Shown here: in pieces, positions 34,424-42,845 of the stretch | Layout: each line of letters starts with the position of its first letter | Position numbering within the stretch: position 1 is the first letter of the stretch | Assembly: GCA_016223245.1 (NCBI GenBank) | Contig: JACRPL010000021.1 | Location: 37,725 to 101,724 of the forward strand | DNA length: 64,000 nt | Reading direction: 5' to 3' | DNA from: Candidatus Saganbacteria bacterium | Lineage (GTDB): Bacteria > Margulisbacteria > WOR-1 > XYC2-FULL-46-14 > XYC2-FULL-37-10 | Notes under the pieces: generated by a model | Seen by the model: only the letters and a program-made list of their open reading frames with translations | The model's database searches: none | Told to the model about the DNA's origin: nothing | Position numbers and translations under genes: made by a program

Positions 34424-36567
34424 CGATCGATGACCTTAAAGCAAAACTAAAATATATAAAAGATCCCGATCTTTCCCTTCTCGATAGAGTTTACAAATTC
34501 GCGGAAGAAAAACATCGCAATCACAAAAGGCTTTCAGGCGAGCCATATATTTCGCATCCACTTGCCGTTGCCTCTGTTTTGACCGATCTCGAACAAGACC
34601 TTCCGACTATTTGCGCGGCGCTCTTGCATGACACGATAGAAGACAGCGGCGTTACATTTGTGGAAATTTCCGAAAAATTCTCGCCAGAGATCGCAAAGCT
34701 TGTTGAAGGCGTCACAAAATTGAGCCAATTGATCTATGAATCAAAGGAAGAAAGGCAAGCGGAGAACTTTAGGAAAATGTTCATGGCAATGGGCGAGGAC
34801 CTTCGGGTAATTGTGATCAAATTGGCGGATCGTTTGCATAATATGCAGACATTGAAATATTTATCGCAAAAAAAAATCAAAGAAACATCCCTTGAAACCA
34901 GGGAGATCTTTTCCCCTTTAGCGCATCGCTTGGGCATGTGGAAGCTTAAATGGGAATTAGAAGACCTGTCTTTTGGTTTTCTTGAGCCCGATAAATATGC
35001 CGATATCCAAGCAAAAGTTTCTGAAAGCCGCGAGGCTCGTGAAGCATATATAAAGAATTTCGTCGAAAAACTAACTGAAGTTTTAAAAAAAGTAAGCCTT
35101 ATATCCGATGTTTACGGCAGGCCAAAGCATTTATTTTCAATTTATCATAAAATGGTCGATCAAAATTTGGATTTCTCCGAAATTTACGACCTGACAGCTG
35201 TTAGGGTAATTGTCGAATCAATAAAAGATTGTTACGCGGTATTGGGCATCGTTCACGCTACTTGGAAGCCCATACCAGGAAGATTCCGCGATTATATTGC
35301 TGTCCCAAAGAGTAATGGGTACCAATCGCTGCATACAACGGTTATTGGGGAAGAAGGAAAGCCTGTTGAAGTGCAGATAAGGACTCGGGAGATGCATAGG
35401 ATCGCCGAGTATGGAGTTGCCGCCCACTGGGTATATAAGGAAGAAGCGACAGATAAGGCATTCGATAAGAAAATGGCTTGGTTCAGACAAATGCTTGAAA
35501 CCCAGACCGAACTCAAAGACGCCAAAGATTTTCTTGATTCGCTAAAGATTGATCTTTTTGTCGATGAAGTATTTGTTTTTACCCCAAAAGGGCAAGTCAT
35601 TCAAATGCCGATCGGGGCTACTCCTATCGATTTTGCGTACCATGTCCATACAGAAGTAGGCCATAGGACAGCGGGGGTCAAAGTCAATGGCAGGATACTT
35701 CCGTTGGATTCAATTCTAAAAAATGGGGATATAGTTGAGATCATTACTTCAAAGATCGGGAATCCGTCGCTTGATTGGCTTAATTTCGTTAAAACTTCCG
35801 GCGCCCGCACAAAAATTAAGGGTTGGTTCCGCAAAGTAAAGAGGGACGAAAGTATTGAGAGGGGGAGAGTACAGCTTGAAGAAGAGCTTAAAAAATTCAG
35901 GCTTCATCCAAAAACCGTTCTTATCTATGAAAATATAAAAAATTTCATAGCTTCGCAAAAATTAAAAACAGAAGACGATTTTTTCGCGGCGATCGGATAC
36001 GGCGATATTTCGGCATACGATATAGCTAGAAAAATGCATTCTATCCTAAAACCGGAAGACAAAGAAGAAATGACCGAAAAGCCAAAAACAGTTCGTCCTC
36101 GAAAGAGAAATATTGTTCATGGTGTAAACGTGTCCGGCTTAACAGGCGTCATGGTCAAAATGTCAAAATGCTGCAGGCCGCTGCCTGGGGACGATATTAT
36201 CGGATTTGTGACCCACGGCAAAGGCGTTGCTGTCCACAGGAAGGATTGCGCCACACTGCTTCGCAATAAGCCCGATCCAAAGAAGCTCGTCAAAGTCGAC
36301 TGGGAATTGTCAGCGGATATTTATTATCCTGTTGAGATCGAAATTGAAGCATTCGACAGGGTGGGAGCATTGAAAGATATCATGACCCAAATATCCGAAA
36401 CAAAGACGAACGTAGCCTCGGCATACATTAAAACAAAGCGCGGAAGCACTGCGTTTTTGCGAATTGTTGTTGACGTAAAAAATGTCGATCAATTGCAGCT
36501 TGTAATGCAGTCCCTCCGCAATGTTTCCGACGTTTATGACGTCAAGCGGTATGATATAATCAAGTGA
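34420..36567 (+). CDS. relA: Bifunctional (p)ppGpp synthetase/hydrolase (RelA/SpoT homologue)
   Basis: HD hydrolase (HPLAVASVL...HDTIED), synthetase (YQSLHTTV), TGS and ACT domains. 715 aa. Confidence 0.93.
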   Translation: MTIDDLKAKLKYIKDPDLSLLDRVYKFAEEKHRNHKRLSGEPYISHPLAVASVLTDLEQDLPTICAALLHDTIEDSGVTFVEISEKFSPEIAKLVEGVTKLSQLIYESKEERQAENFRKMFMAMGEDLRVIVIKLADRLHNMQTLKYLSQKKIKETSLETREIFSPLAHRLGMWKLKWELEDLSFGFLEPDKYADIQAKVSESREAREAYIKNFVEKLTEVLKKVSLISDVYGRPKHLFSIYHKMVDQNLDFSEIYDLTAVRVIVESIKDCYAVLGIVHATWKPIPGRFRDYIAVPKSNGYQSLHTTVIGEEGKPVEVQIRTREMHRIAEYGVAAHWVYKEEATDKAFDKKMAWFRQMLETQTELKDAKDFLDSLKIDLFVDEVFVFTPKGQVIQMPIGATPIDFAYHVHTEVGHRTAGVKVNGRILPLDSILKNGDIVEIITSKIGNPSLDWLNFVKTSGARTKIKGWFRKVKRDESIERGRVQLEEELKKFRLHPKTVLIYENIKNFIASQKLKTEDDFFAAIGYGDISAYDIARKMHSILKPEDKEEMTEKPKTVRPRKRNIVHGVNVSGLTGVMVKMSKCCRPLPGDDIIGFVTHGKGVAVHRKDCATLLRNKPDPKKLVKVDWELSADIYYPVEIEIEAFDRVGALKDIMTQISETKTNVASAYIKTKRGSTAFLRIVVDVKNVDQLQLVMQSLRNVSDVYDVKRYDIIK

Positions 36568-36568
36568 C

Positions 36569-36637
36569 AACTCACCCCCTTAATCCCCCTCTCTTAATAA
36601 GAGAGGGGGAAACCGACGAAGTCGAAGGGGGTGAGTT
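36569..36637. repeat. C-rich nested palindrome (CTTAATCxCCCC family) between relA and trpD
   Basis: Outer stem aactcaccccc/gggggtgagtt. Inner stem ccccctctctt/aagagaggggg (loop aat). Third mini-hairpin cgac-gaa-gtcg. Translating it gives the spurious THPLNPPLLIREGE N-terminus. Confidence 0.8.
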
Positions 36638-36650
36638 AGCAGATTTATTT

Positions 36651-37667
36651 ATGATAAAAGAAGCAATAAAGAAAGTAATCGACGGTAAAAATTTAACGGA
36701 AGAAGAAGCCTCGCTTACCGCAAGAACCATCATGAGCGGGGAAGCGACTCCCAGCCAAATAGGATCCCTTTTAACAGCTTTGCATATTAAAGGCGAAACA
36801 GTTTCCGAGATCACGGGATTTGCAAGAGAAATGCAGGCATATGCCCAAAAAATCGAACCTAATGTCTCTAATTTAGTGGACACTTGCGGTACAGGCGGTG
36901 ATTCTTCCCAAACATTTAATATTTCAACGATCTCTGCATTAGTAGTAGCCGGCGCAGGTGTTCCTGTGGCAAAACACGGGAATAGATCGATCTCGAGCAA
37001 ATGCGGAAGCGCCGATCTTCTCGAGGCTCTAGGCGCCAAAGTAGACCTTCAACCGGAAAAAGTTAAAGAATGTATAGAAAAGATCGGATTCGGGTTCATG
37101 TTTGCGCCTATTTTCCATCCAGCGATGAAATACGCGGGTCCTACTAGAAAAGAAATTGGTTTCAGGACAATATTTAATGTATTAGGGCCGCTAACAAATC
37201 CTGCCCAAACAAAAAAACAAATTATCGGAGTTTATTCAGAAAAGCTTGTTGATGTAATAGCTGAAGTCCTAAAAAATCTTGGCATAGAGCACGCCATGGT
37301 TGTCCACGGGATGGATGGACTAGACGAGATATCCTTGTCCGATAAAACTAAAGTCGCTGAACTGATTAATGGGAAAATTAAAAAATATTTTGTTTCGCCT
37401 AAAGATTTTTATCTGAAAAAAGCCGAGAAGAATATCTTCAAAGTACAGAATGTCGAAGGATCTAAAATTGTCGCGTTGTCGATATTAGAGCGGCGTGAAA
37501 CGGGCCCGTTAAGGGATATTGTAGTACTAAATGCCGCGGCGGCCATCTATTTAGCCGGATGCGCAAAAGATATTAAAGAAGGTTTCAAATATGCGAATGA
37601 ATCGATAGATTCAGGCGCCGCATTTAATAAATTGAATGAAGTTATAAAATTCACCCAAGGAGCATAG
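36651..37667 (+). CDS. trpD: Anthranilate phosphoribosyltransferase family protein
   Basis: CGTGGDSSQTFNIST, KHGNRSISSKCGSADLLEALG and the GP-family fold. Start taken at ATG 36651, after the palindrome. Confidence 0.82.
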   Translation: MIKEAIKKVIDGKNLTEEEASLTARTIMSGEATPSQIGSLLTALHIKGETVSEITGFAREMQAYAQKIEPNVSNLVDTCGTGGDSSQTFNISTISALVVAGAGVPVAKHGNRSISSKCGSADLLEALGAKVDLQPEKVKECIEKIGFGFMFAPIFHPAMKYAGPTRKEIGFRTIFNVLGPLTNPAQTKKQIIGVYSEKLVDVIAEVLKNLGIEHAMVVHGMDGLDEISLSDKTKVAELINGKIKKYFVSPKDFYLKKAEKNIFKVQNVEGSKIVALSILERRETGPLRDIVVLNAAAAIYLAGCAKDIKEGFKYANESIDSGAAFNKLNEVIKFTQGA

Positions 37668-37668
37668 C

Positions 37669-38391
37669 GTGTTTATAAAAACCGAAAAATTGGTGAAATC
37701 TTATAATAAGAAACGCGTAGTCGATGAAATATCGATCGAGGTGTCGCAAGGCGAGATAGTCGGCCTATTGGGCCCGAACGGCGCCGGCAAAACAACCACT
37801 TTCTATATGACCGTAGGCCTTGTTAAACCGGATTCGGGCAATGTTTATCTTGGCGAGCAAAATATCACGAACCTTCCGATGCATAAAAGGTCCCAGCACG
37901 GGATAGGGTACCTCCCGCAGGAAGCCTCTATCTTCCGCAAGCTTACAGTCGAGGAGAATATTTTGATTCTTTGGGAACTGATGCCGCAAATCCCAAAAAA
38001 AGAATATGAAGAAAGATTGGTCGCACTTCTTAATGAACTTGGCGTCACGCATTTAAGGGAGCAAAAAGCATATACGTTATCGGGCGGTGAATCGAGGCGG
38101 GTAGAAATTGCGCGCGCCTTGGCAACGGGCCCTTCTTTTTTGCTTTTGGACGAGCCGTTCACGGGGATCGACCCTAAAACCGTGAATGATATCCAGCAGA
38201 TCATAAGATATTTGAAGCAAAAAGGGATCGGGATATTGATCACCGACCATAATGTCAGGGAGACTCTTGCAATAACAGACCGGGCATACATCATTTCAAA
38301 AGGAAAAATACTTGTTTCAGGCAATGCAAAAACAATATCTGAATCCGATGTCGCCAAAAAGTCTTATCTTGGAGAGCAATTCACTTTGTGA
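37669..38391 (+). CDS. lptB: LPS export ABC transporter ATP-binding protein
   Basis: Walker A GPNGAGKTT, signature LSGGESRR, Walker B LLLDEPF. 240 aa. Followed by an LptF/G permease. Confidence 0.88.
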   Translation: MFIKTEKLVKSYNKKRVVDEISIEVSQGEIVGLLGPNGAGKTTTFYMTVGLVKPDSGNVYLGEQNITNLPMHKRSQHGIGYLPQEASIFRKLTVEENILILWELMPQIPKKEYEERLVALLNELGVTHLREQKAYTLSGGESRRVEIARALATGPSFLLLDEPFTGIDPKTVNDIQQIIRYLKQKGIGILITDHNVRETLAITDRAYIISKGKILVSGNAKTISESDVAKKSYLGEQFTL

Positions 38392-39479
38392 TAAAGACAA
38401 TCGATAAATATATCTTCAAAGAGCTTATCGATCCATTTTTTTTCGGTTTGCTCTCTTTTTCATTGATACTTTCCGCATCAATGGTCCTTTTCGAACTCGT
38501 CCGCGCTGTCGTATTACAAGGAATGCCTCTTTTGACAGCCTTTAAGGTTTTTATTTTCAGGATGCCGTCGGTTGTCGTGTATATTTTCCCTATGGCGACG
38601 CTTTTGGCCGCGCTTCTGGGATTTTCTAGGCTTTCGAAAGATTCAGAAATAATCGCCTTCCGCGCTTCCGGGGTCTCGCTCTACAGGCTTATGGTATCTG
38701 TCATCGTATTCGGCCTTTTGGTTTCATTTATTACACTTGCTTTCTACGAAGTAGTTGTGCCCGAATCGAATAAGACCGTGAAAAACCTTCTCCTCGAAAC
38801 TGCCGCTAATAGGTCCCCCAAGATCGAACAAAATATCTTTGTTCCCGAGATGCAGGCAGGCGCTTTAAAGAGGATATTTTACGCACAAAAAATGCAGGGC
38901 AGCAATCTTTCCGGCGTCATTGTTTCCGAATTCGACAGCGGAAAGCTAATCCAGATCGTGAACGCGAAATCCGCACTATGGAACAAAGAAAAGAACCAAT
39001 GGCTGTTTCGTAATGGGATAGTTTATCTTTTATCGGAAGCTGGAGAGTATAAGCATCTGATAAAATTCGATGAACAATATGTTTCGATAAAATACACTCC
39101 GGCCGATCTATCGGTCGGCGACAAGTCGCCTGACGATATGAACGTAGCCGAACTTCGTGATTACATAACACTTAAAGAAAAAATGGGTATTAAAGTTATG
39201 GATTTTAAGATCCAGCTTAACATGAAGATGGCTATCCCTTTTGCGAGCCTTGTTTTCGCGCTCCTTGGCGCCCCGCTCGGGCTTTCGCCTCGCCGTACAT
39301 CCTCTTCTATGGGGCTTGGTCTTTCTATTATCGTTATTTTTGTATATTATGTTTTAATGTTCGCGTCGATCGCCCTTGGGGAGCTTGAGATCGTATCACC
39401 GGGCTTGTCCGCATGGCTTCCGAACATTATAACTCTGGGACTGGGCTTTTTGATACTTCGGCGCACGGCAACATCATGA
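38388..39479 (+). CDS. LPS export permease, LptF/LptG (YjgP/YjgQ) family
   Basis: 363 aa with 3+3 TM segments and a central periplasmic beta-jellyroll segment. N-terminus KYIFKELIDPFFFGL is typical. Confidence 0.8.
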   Translation: MIKTIDKYIFKELIDPFFFGLLSFSLILSASMVLFELVRAVVLQGMPLLTAFKVFIFRMPSVVVYIFPMATLLAALLGFSRLSKDSEIIAFRASGVSLYRLMVSVIVFGLLVSFITLAFYEVVVPESNKTVKNLLLETAANRSPKIEQNIFVPEMQAGALKRIFYAQKMQGSNLSGVIVSEFDSGKLIQIVNAKSALWNKEKNQWLFRNGIVYLLSEAGEYKHLIKFDEQYVSIKYTPADLSVGDKSPDDMNVAELRDYITLKEKMGIKVMDFKIQLNMKMAIPFASLVFALLGAPLGLSPRRTSSSMGLGLSIIVIFVYYVLMFASIALGELEIVSPGLSAWLPNIITLGLGFLILRRTATS

Positions 39480-40456
39480 CATACGCATTCGCGATAAAAT
39501 TATTATTGGTCTTGTTCTTTCTCTCGGGCATAATAGCCTACGTTGGAAATGTCATAGGCCGGGCTTTCGGGAAAAGAAGGCTATCGATATTCGGCCTGCG
39601 TCCTAAATACACGGCGATGGTTTTTACGATAGTTTCCGGCATTGTCATCATGGCTCTGACTTTTACGACCCTGATCGTGATATCGGCCGATGTAAGGACA
39701 GCGCTTTTTGGCATGGAAGAATTGAGAGGGCAGATATCGCAAACGCATGCCGAATTGGAAAAAAACAAGAAAGAATTATCGAAAATCAGCAATGATCTGG
39801 CATTGATCCAGATAGAAAAATTAAATCTGGAGAAACTTAGGGACAGCCAACGGAAAGAATTGGGCAAGCAAACTTTGCAATCGGTCGTTTTCTTCGCGAA
39901 TAAGACAGTTTATACGACATCAATTAAAGGCGGGCAAGGCAAGAGTGTTGCTGAAAAAGAATTAAAAGAGATACTCTCAAAACTTGACAAAGAAGTCAAG
40001 AAATATAAAATCCAGGATGTCGAGGTGAACAAAGCCGATTTCAATTCAACGGTTTCATATATAGCCAATATGTCTTCAAGCGTACTTTTAAAGATCATTT
40101 CAGTAAAAAATGTTGTCATGGGCGGGAATTTGCCTGTCGTATTTGATGTGTCGCAAAATAATCTGATCTTCCATGAAGGGGACGAGATATTGAAAGTTAA
40201 AATTTCAGGCTTGCTTCCGCTCTCCGAGATCGAAACCAAATTAAAAGAAATAATCCAAGCAGCCGACCTTATTGCGGCAAATCGAGGGATATCCCCAAGT
40301 TTAACTGGCGCAATATCGGATGTTCCATACACTGATATTTTAGATTCGGCAAAACGTATAAAAGGCTATGGCCGAGTGGCAAATATTAAAGCCATAGCTG
40401 CGCGAGATATTTTTTCGATCGGTCCCCTCCAGATAAGATTTACGGTAGATATATGA
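39476..40456 (+). CDS. DUF3084-like membrane/coiled-coil protein
   Basis: N-terminal TM pair with GNVIGRAFGKRRLSIFGLRPKYTA, then a long coiled coil. ATGA overlap with the lptF/G stop. Confidence 0.5.
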   Translation: MTYAFAIKLLLVLFFLSGIIAYVGNVIGRAFGKRRLSIFGLRPKYTAMVFTIVSGIVIMALTFTTLIVISADVRTALFGMEELRGQISQTHAELEKNKKELSKISNDLALIQIEKLNLEKLRDSQRKELGKQTLQSVVFFANKTVYTTSIKGGQGKSVAEKELKEILSKLDKEVKKYKIQDVEVNKADFNSTVSYIANMSSSVLLKIISVKNVVMGGNLPVVFDVSQNNLIFHEGDEILKVKISGLLPLSEIETKLKEIIQAADLIAANRGISPSLTGAISDVPYTDILDSAKRIKGYGRVANIKAIAARDIFSIGPLQIRFTVDI

Positions 40457-40842
40457 TCCTCGCCCTCGATCCCGGCCTCCTAAAATGCGGATTAGCGGTG
40501 CTCGACGCGTCAGCCCATGTTCTCGATAAGAAAATAATTGAGATCAAGACGCTCGATTTTGAAATAACGTCTTTTGTCGCAAAATACGCCGTAAATACCG
40601 TCGTTGTGGGATCGGGCACTGGATCAAAAGAAATACAAAAAAGCATTTCAAAATTAAACCTTCCCGCCGATATCGCAACTATTCGGGAGGCCAATTCAAC
40701 ACTTGAAGCAAAAAAACTATATTTCAGAGAAAATCCGCCAAGTTTTTTTATGCGGCTTATTCCGATCTCTCTTCAGACTCCACCGCGGCCGATAGATGAT
40801 TATGCCGCCATAATTCTAGGGGAGCGGTATCTGAAAGGTTAA
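40453..40842 (+). CDS. RNase H-fold protein, YqgF/RuvX- or RuvC-like putative nuclease
   Basis: The MILALDPGLLKCGLAVLD N-terminus resembles the first acidic-residue strand of RuvC/YqgF folds. 129 aa. Confidence 0.4.
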   Translation: MILALDPGLLKCGLAVLDASAHVLDKKIIEIKTLDFEITSFVAKYAVNTVVVGSGTGSKEIQKSISKLNLPADIATIREANSTLEAKKLYFRENPPSFFMRLIPISLQTPPRPIDDYAAIILGERYLKG

Positions 40843-42180
40843 ATAGCCCCGTTCATTTAGCTTTAGTTTCTTTAATACTCTTCCATATGGATCGATAAAT
40901 CCTGATATGCCTGTGTTTGCGCATTGGATAACAGATCTCCTGTTCTCGATCGCGCGAAATATAGCCTGGTTGAAGTGTTCATAAGGAGCGCTGGAATCGT
41001 AAAACCACGCGTCATTGGTAACGACCAATAAAATATCCGCGCCTTCTTTTACTTTTTGCCGCGCCATTTCCGGGAATGTTGATTCAAAACATATTAACGC
41101 CCCGAAGTTTATGCCTAAAACTTTGATCGGTCTCTTTTCTGGCCCGGGATAGAAATCATTGTCAAAATAATTTGTCATCTTTAAAAACGGGTAAAGGATG
41201 GGCCTGAAAGGCAGGTATTCGCCGAATGTCACTAAATGCTGTTTATCATATCGTCCGACGACTTCACCAGAGGGTGAAATGGCTGCGATCGAGTTGTAGG
41301 CTTCTTTTTTTTCGTCAAAATTCGGTGTCCCGATCATAAGATATGCTTTTGTATCTTTGGCTAGCCGTTTTATTTTATTCATATAAATCTGATCGTGCAA
41401 TAAATAACTGAATACCGTCGTTTCTGGCCATATGATGATATCGGGGGATTCCTTTGCAGCTTGGAGCGTAAGGCCCGCATGGATGCTAAAATTCTCGCCA
41501 TTAAAACTTGATGACATTTTCTTTTCCTGGGAGATATTGCCTTGGATAATAGCGATCTTAATAATTTTATTTTGGAAACCGCGACGCTTGTCCCGATTCC
41601 CACATCGGGATTTAGTCGCAGGTTTCCCATTCGAGGCCAAAGAATTGTTCTTCAGCTCCAAACTTCCATAGATCAACGCCGCGATAATTAATATTACAGA
41701 TGATATTAGTAATATCGGGTTCTTTTTTGCGATAAGCTTCGCGCATGCGATATTAAATAAAATTATCAAAAAAGACACTCCAAAAACCGTAAAGATCGAA
41801 GCGATCTGTATCAAGGGAAGAATTTCAAACTGCGAGTAGCCGAGGACTCCTTCCGAAACGCCGAAAGCGCCCATCCCGCGCGCATATTCTATCGCAACCC
41901 ACAGCAGCGCCTGTAGGAAAGTTAGGTTGATATTTAGTTTCTTTGAGAGATATGCAAAAACGGCTAAAAATACGGATTGGAAAAGGGCAAGGGTTATCCA
42001 TCCAAGGACCGCAAAAAAACCGACAAAACTCGTCAAAGTATTTATCCAAAAGAAACTGCAGCCAAATAATAATATTCCAAATATAAAGCCAAATAATGCG
42101 GATCGTTTTGGACTTTTGCTTTTTTCGATCAAGATCAATAGCGGGATGATCGCAAACCAGGCAATGATAGAGTAAATCAC
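40816..42180 (-). CDS. lnt: Apolipoprotein N-acyltransferase
   Basis: Polytopic N-domain plus CN-hydrolase domain (IIWPE, LICFESTFPE). 454 aa. Confidence 0.88.
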   Translation of the reverse strand: MIYSIIAWFAIIPLLILIEKSKSPKRSALFGFIFGILLFGCSFFWINTLTSFVGFFAVLGWITLALFQSVFLAVFAYLSKKLNINLTFLQALLWVAIEYARGMGAFGVSEGVLGYSQFEILPLIQIASIFTVFGVSFLIILFNIACAKLIAKKNPILLISSVILIIAALIYGSLELKNNSLASNGKPATKSRCGNRDKRRGFQNKIIKIAIIQGNISQEKKMSSSFNGENFSIHAGLTLQAAKESPDIIIWPETTVFSYLLHDQIYMNKIKRLAKDTKAYLMIGTPNFDEKKEAYNSIAAISPSGEVVGRYDKQHLVTFGEYLPFRPILYPFLKMTNYFDNDFYPGPEKRPIKVLGINFGALICFESTFPEMARQKVKEGADILLVVTNDAWFYDSSAPYEHFNQAIFRAIENRRSVIQCANTGISGFIDPYGRVLKKLKLNERGYLTFQIPLP

Positions 42181-42845
42181 GGCAAACTTATCTTCCAGCT
42201 TAAAATATCGAGCGCGGAATTTAGGTCGGAGCTTGTTTCGTCGGATTTTGAGATGACCGTCCCCTTGATCGGCTCAAAATTGTTTGTCGGGGGCGATATC
42301 CTGTCTTTTAGGACTTTGAGGGAATTTTGCGGGTATGATGCCGCGATAACATCTATATATAATTGTTTCGGCAATGTTGCGCCAAAAAGCCTGTCGAGGC
42401 GGACAGTAAATGCAAGTTTATTGGTAACAGTTCCAAGTCCTGAAATGAGTTCCCTCGTGACAGCATTGGTCGCAATAAAAGGGCCATTTACCAGGGAATA
42501 TCCTTGGCTATCGATAACTACATAGCTTGACCAAGTGGAATAATATTGGCTGAAGTAATCTGATATTGATTTTGCGCCTGGCTGCGGGGCAGAGCCAGGT
42601 TCCAAAAATTCATCTTGGCTATCTGGCGGGGGAAGAGGGATTTGGTATGATTCCATCGTAGAAAATATAACAAAATACCTGTTGTTTATTACATCGGCCG
42701 AGGCCCCGAGGGTGATTTCAATATTCAATTCATTCCCGAACGTTGGCATTGTAGTAACGGTCCTTGAGCAACCAGCTAAGATAAAAATACTAAATACTAA
42801 TATCGAAATTCTAAACAAATCCAAAATTCTAATGTTTGTTTTCAT
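42177..42845 (-). CDS. Putative lipoprotein (possible LptE analogue)
   Basis: Lipobox ILAGC|S. 222 aa. 4-nt overlaps with lptD upstream and lnt downstream. Confidence 0.45.
   Translation of the reverse strand: MKTNIRILDLFRISILVFSIFILAGCSRTVTTMPTFGNELNIEITLGASADVINNRYFVIFSTMESYQIPLPPPDSQDEFLEPGSAPQPGAKSISDYFSQYYSTWSSYVVIDSQGYSLVNGPFIATNAVTRELISGLGTVTNKLAFTVRLDRLFGATLPKQLYIDVIAASYPQNSLKVLKDRISPPTNNFEPIKGTVISKSDETSSDLNSALDILSWKISLP
42785..42834. repeat. A/T-rich oligo-repeat (AAATACT / GAAATTC / AAATCC units) forming the lipoprotein signal peptide
   Basis: aaatactaaatactaatatcgaaattctaaacaaatccaaaattctaatg. The minus strand encodes NIRILDLFRISILVFSIF. Confidence 0.65.

Noticed and set aside
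36564-36650. N-terminal extension of trpD (MTTHPLNPPLLIREGETDEVEGGE)
   Set aside because: It is the translation of a nested palindromic repeat. Conserved TrpD sequence starts at ATG 36651.
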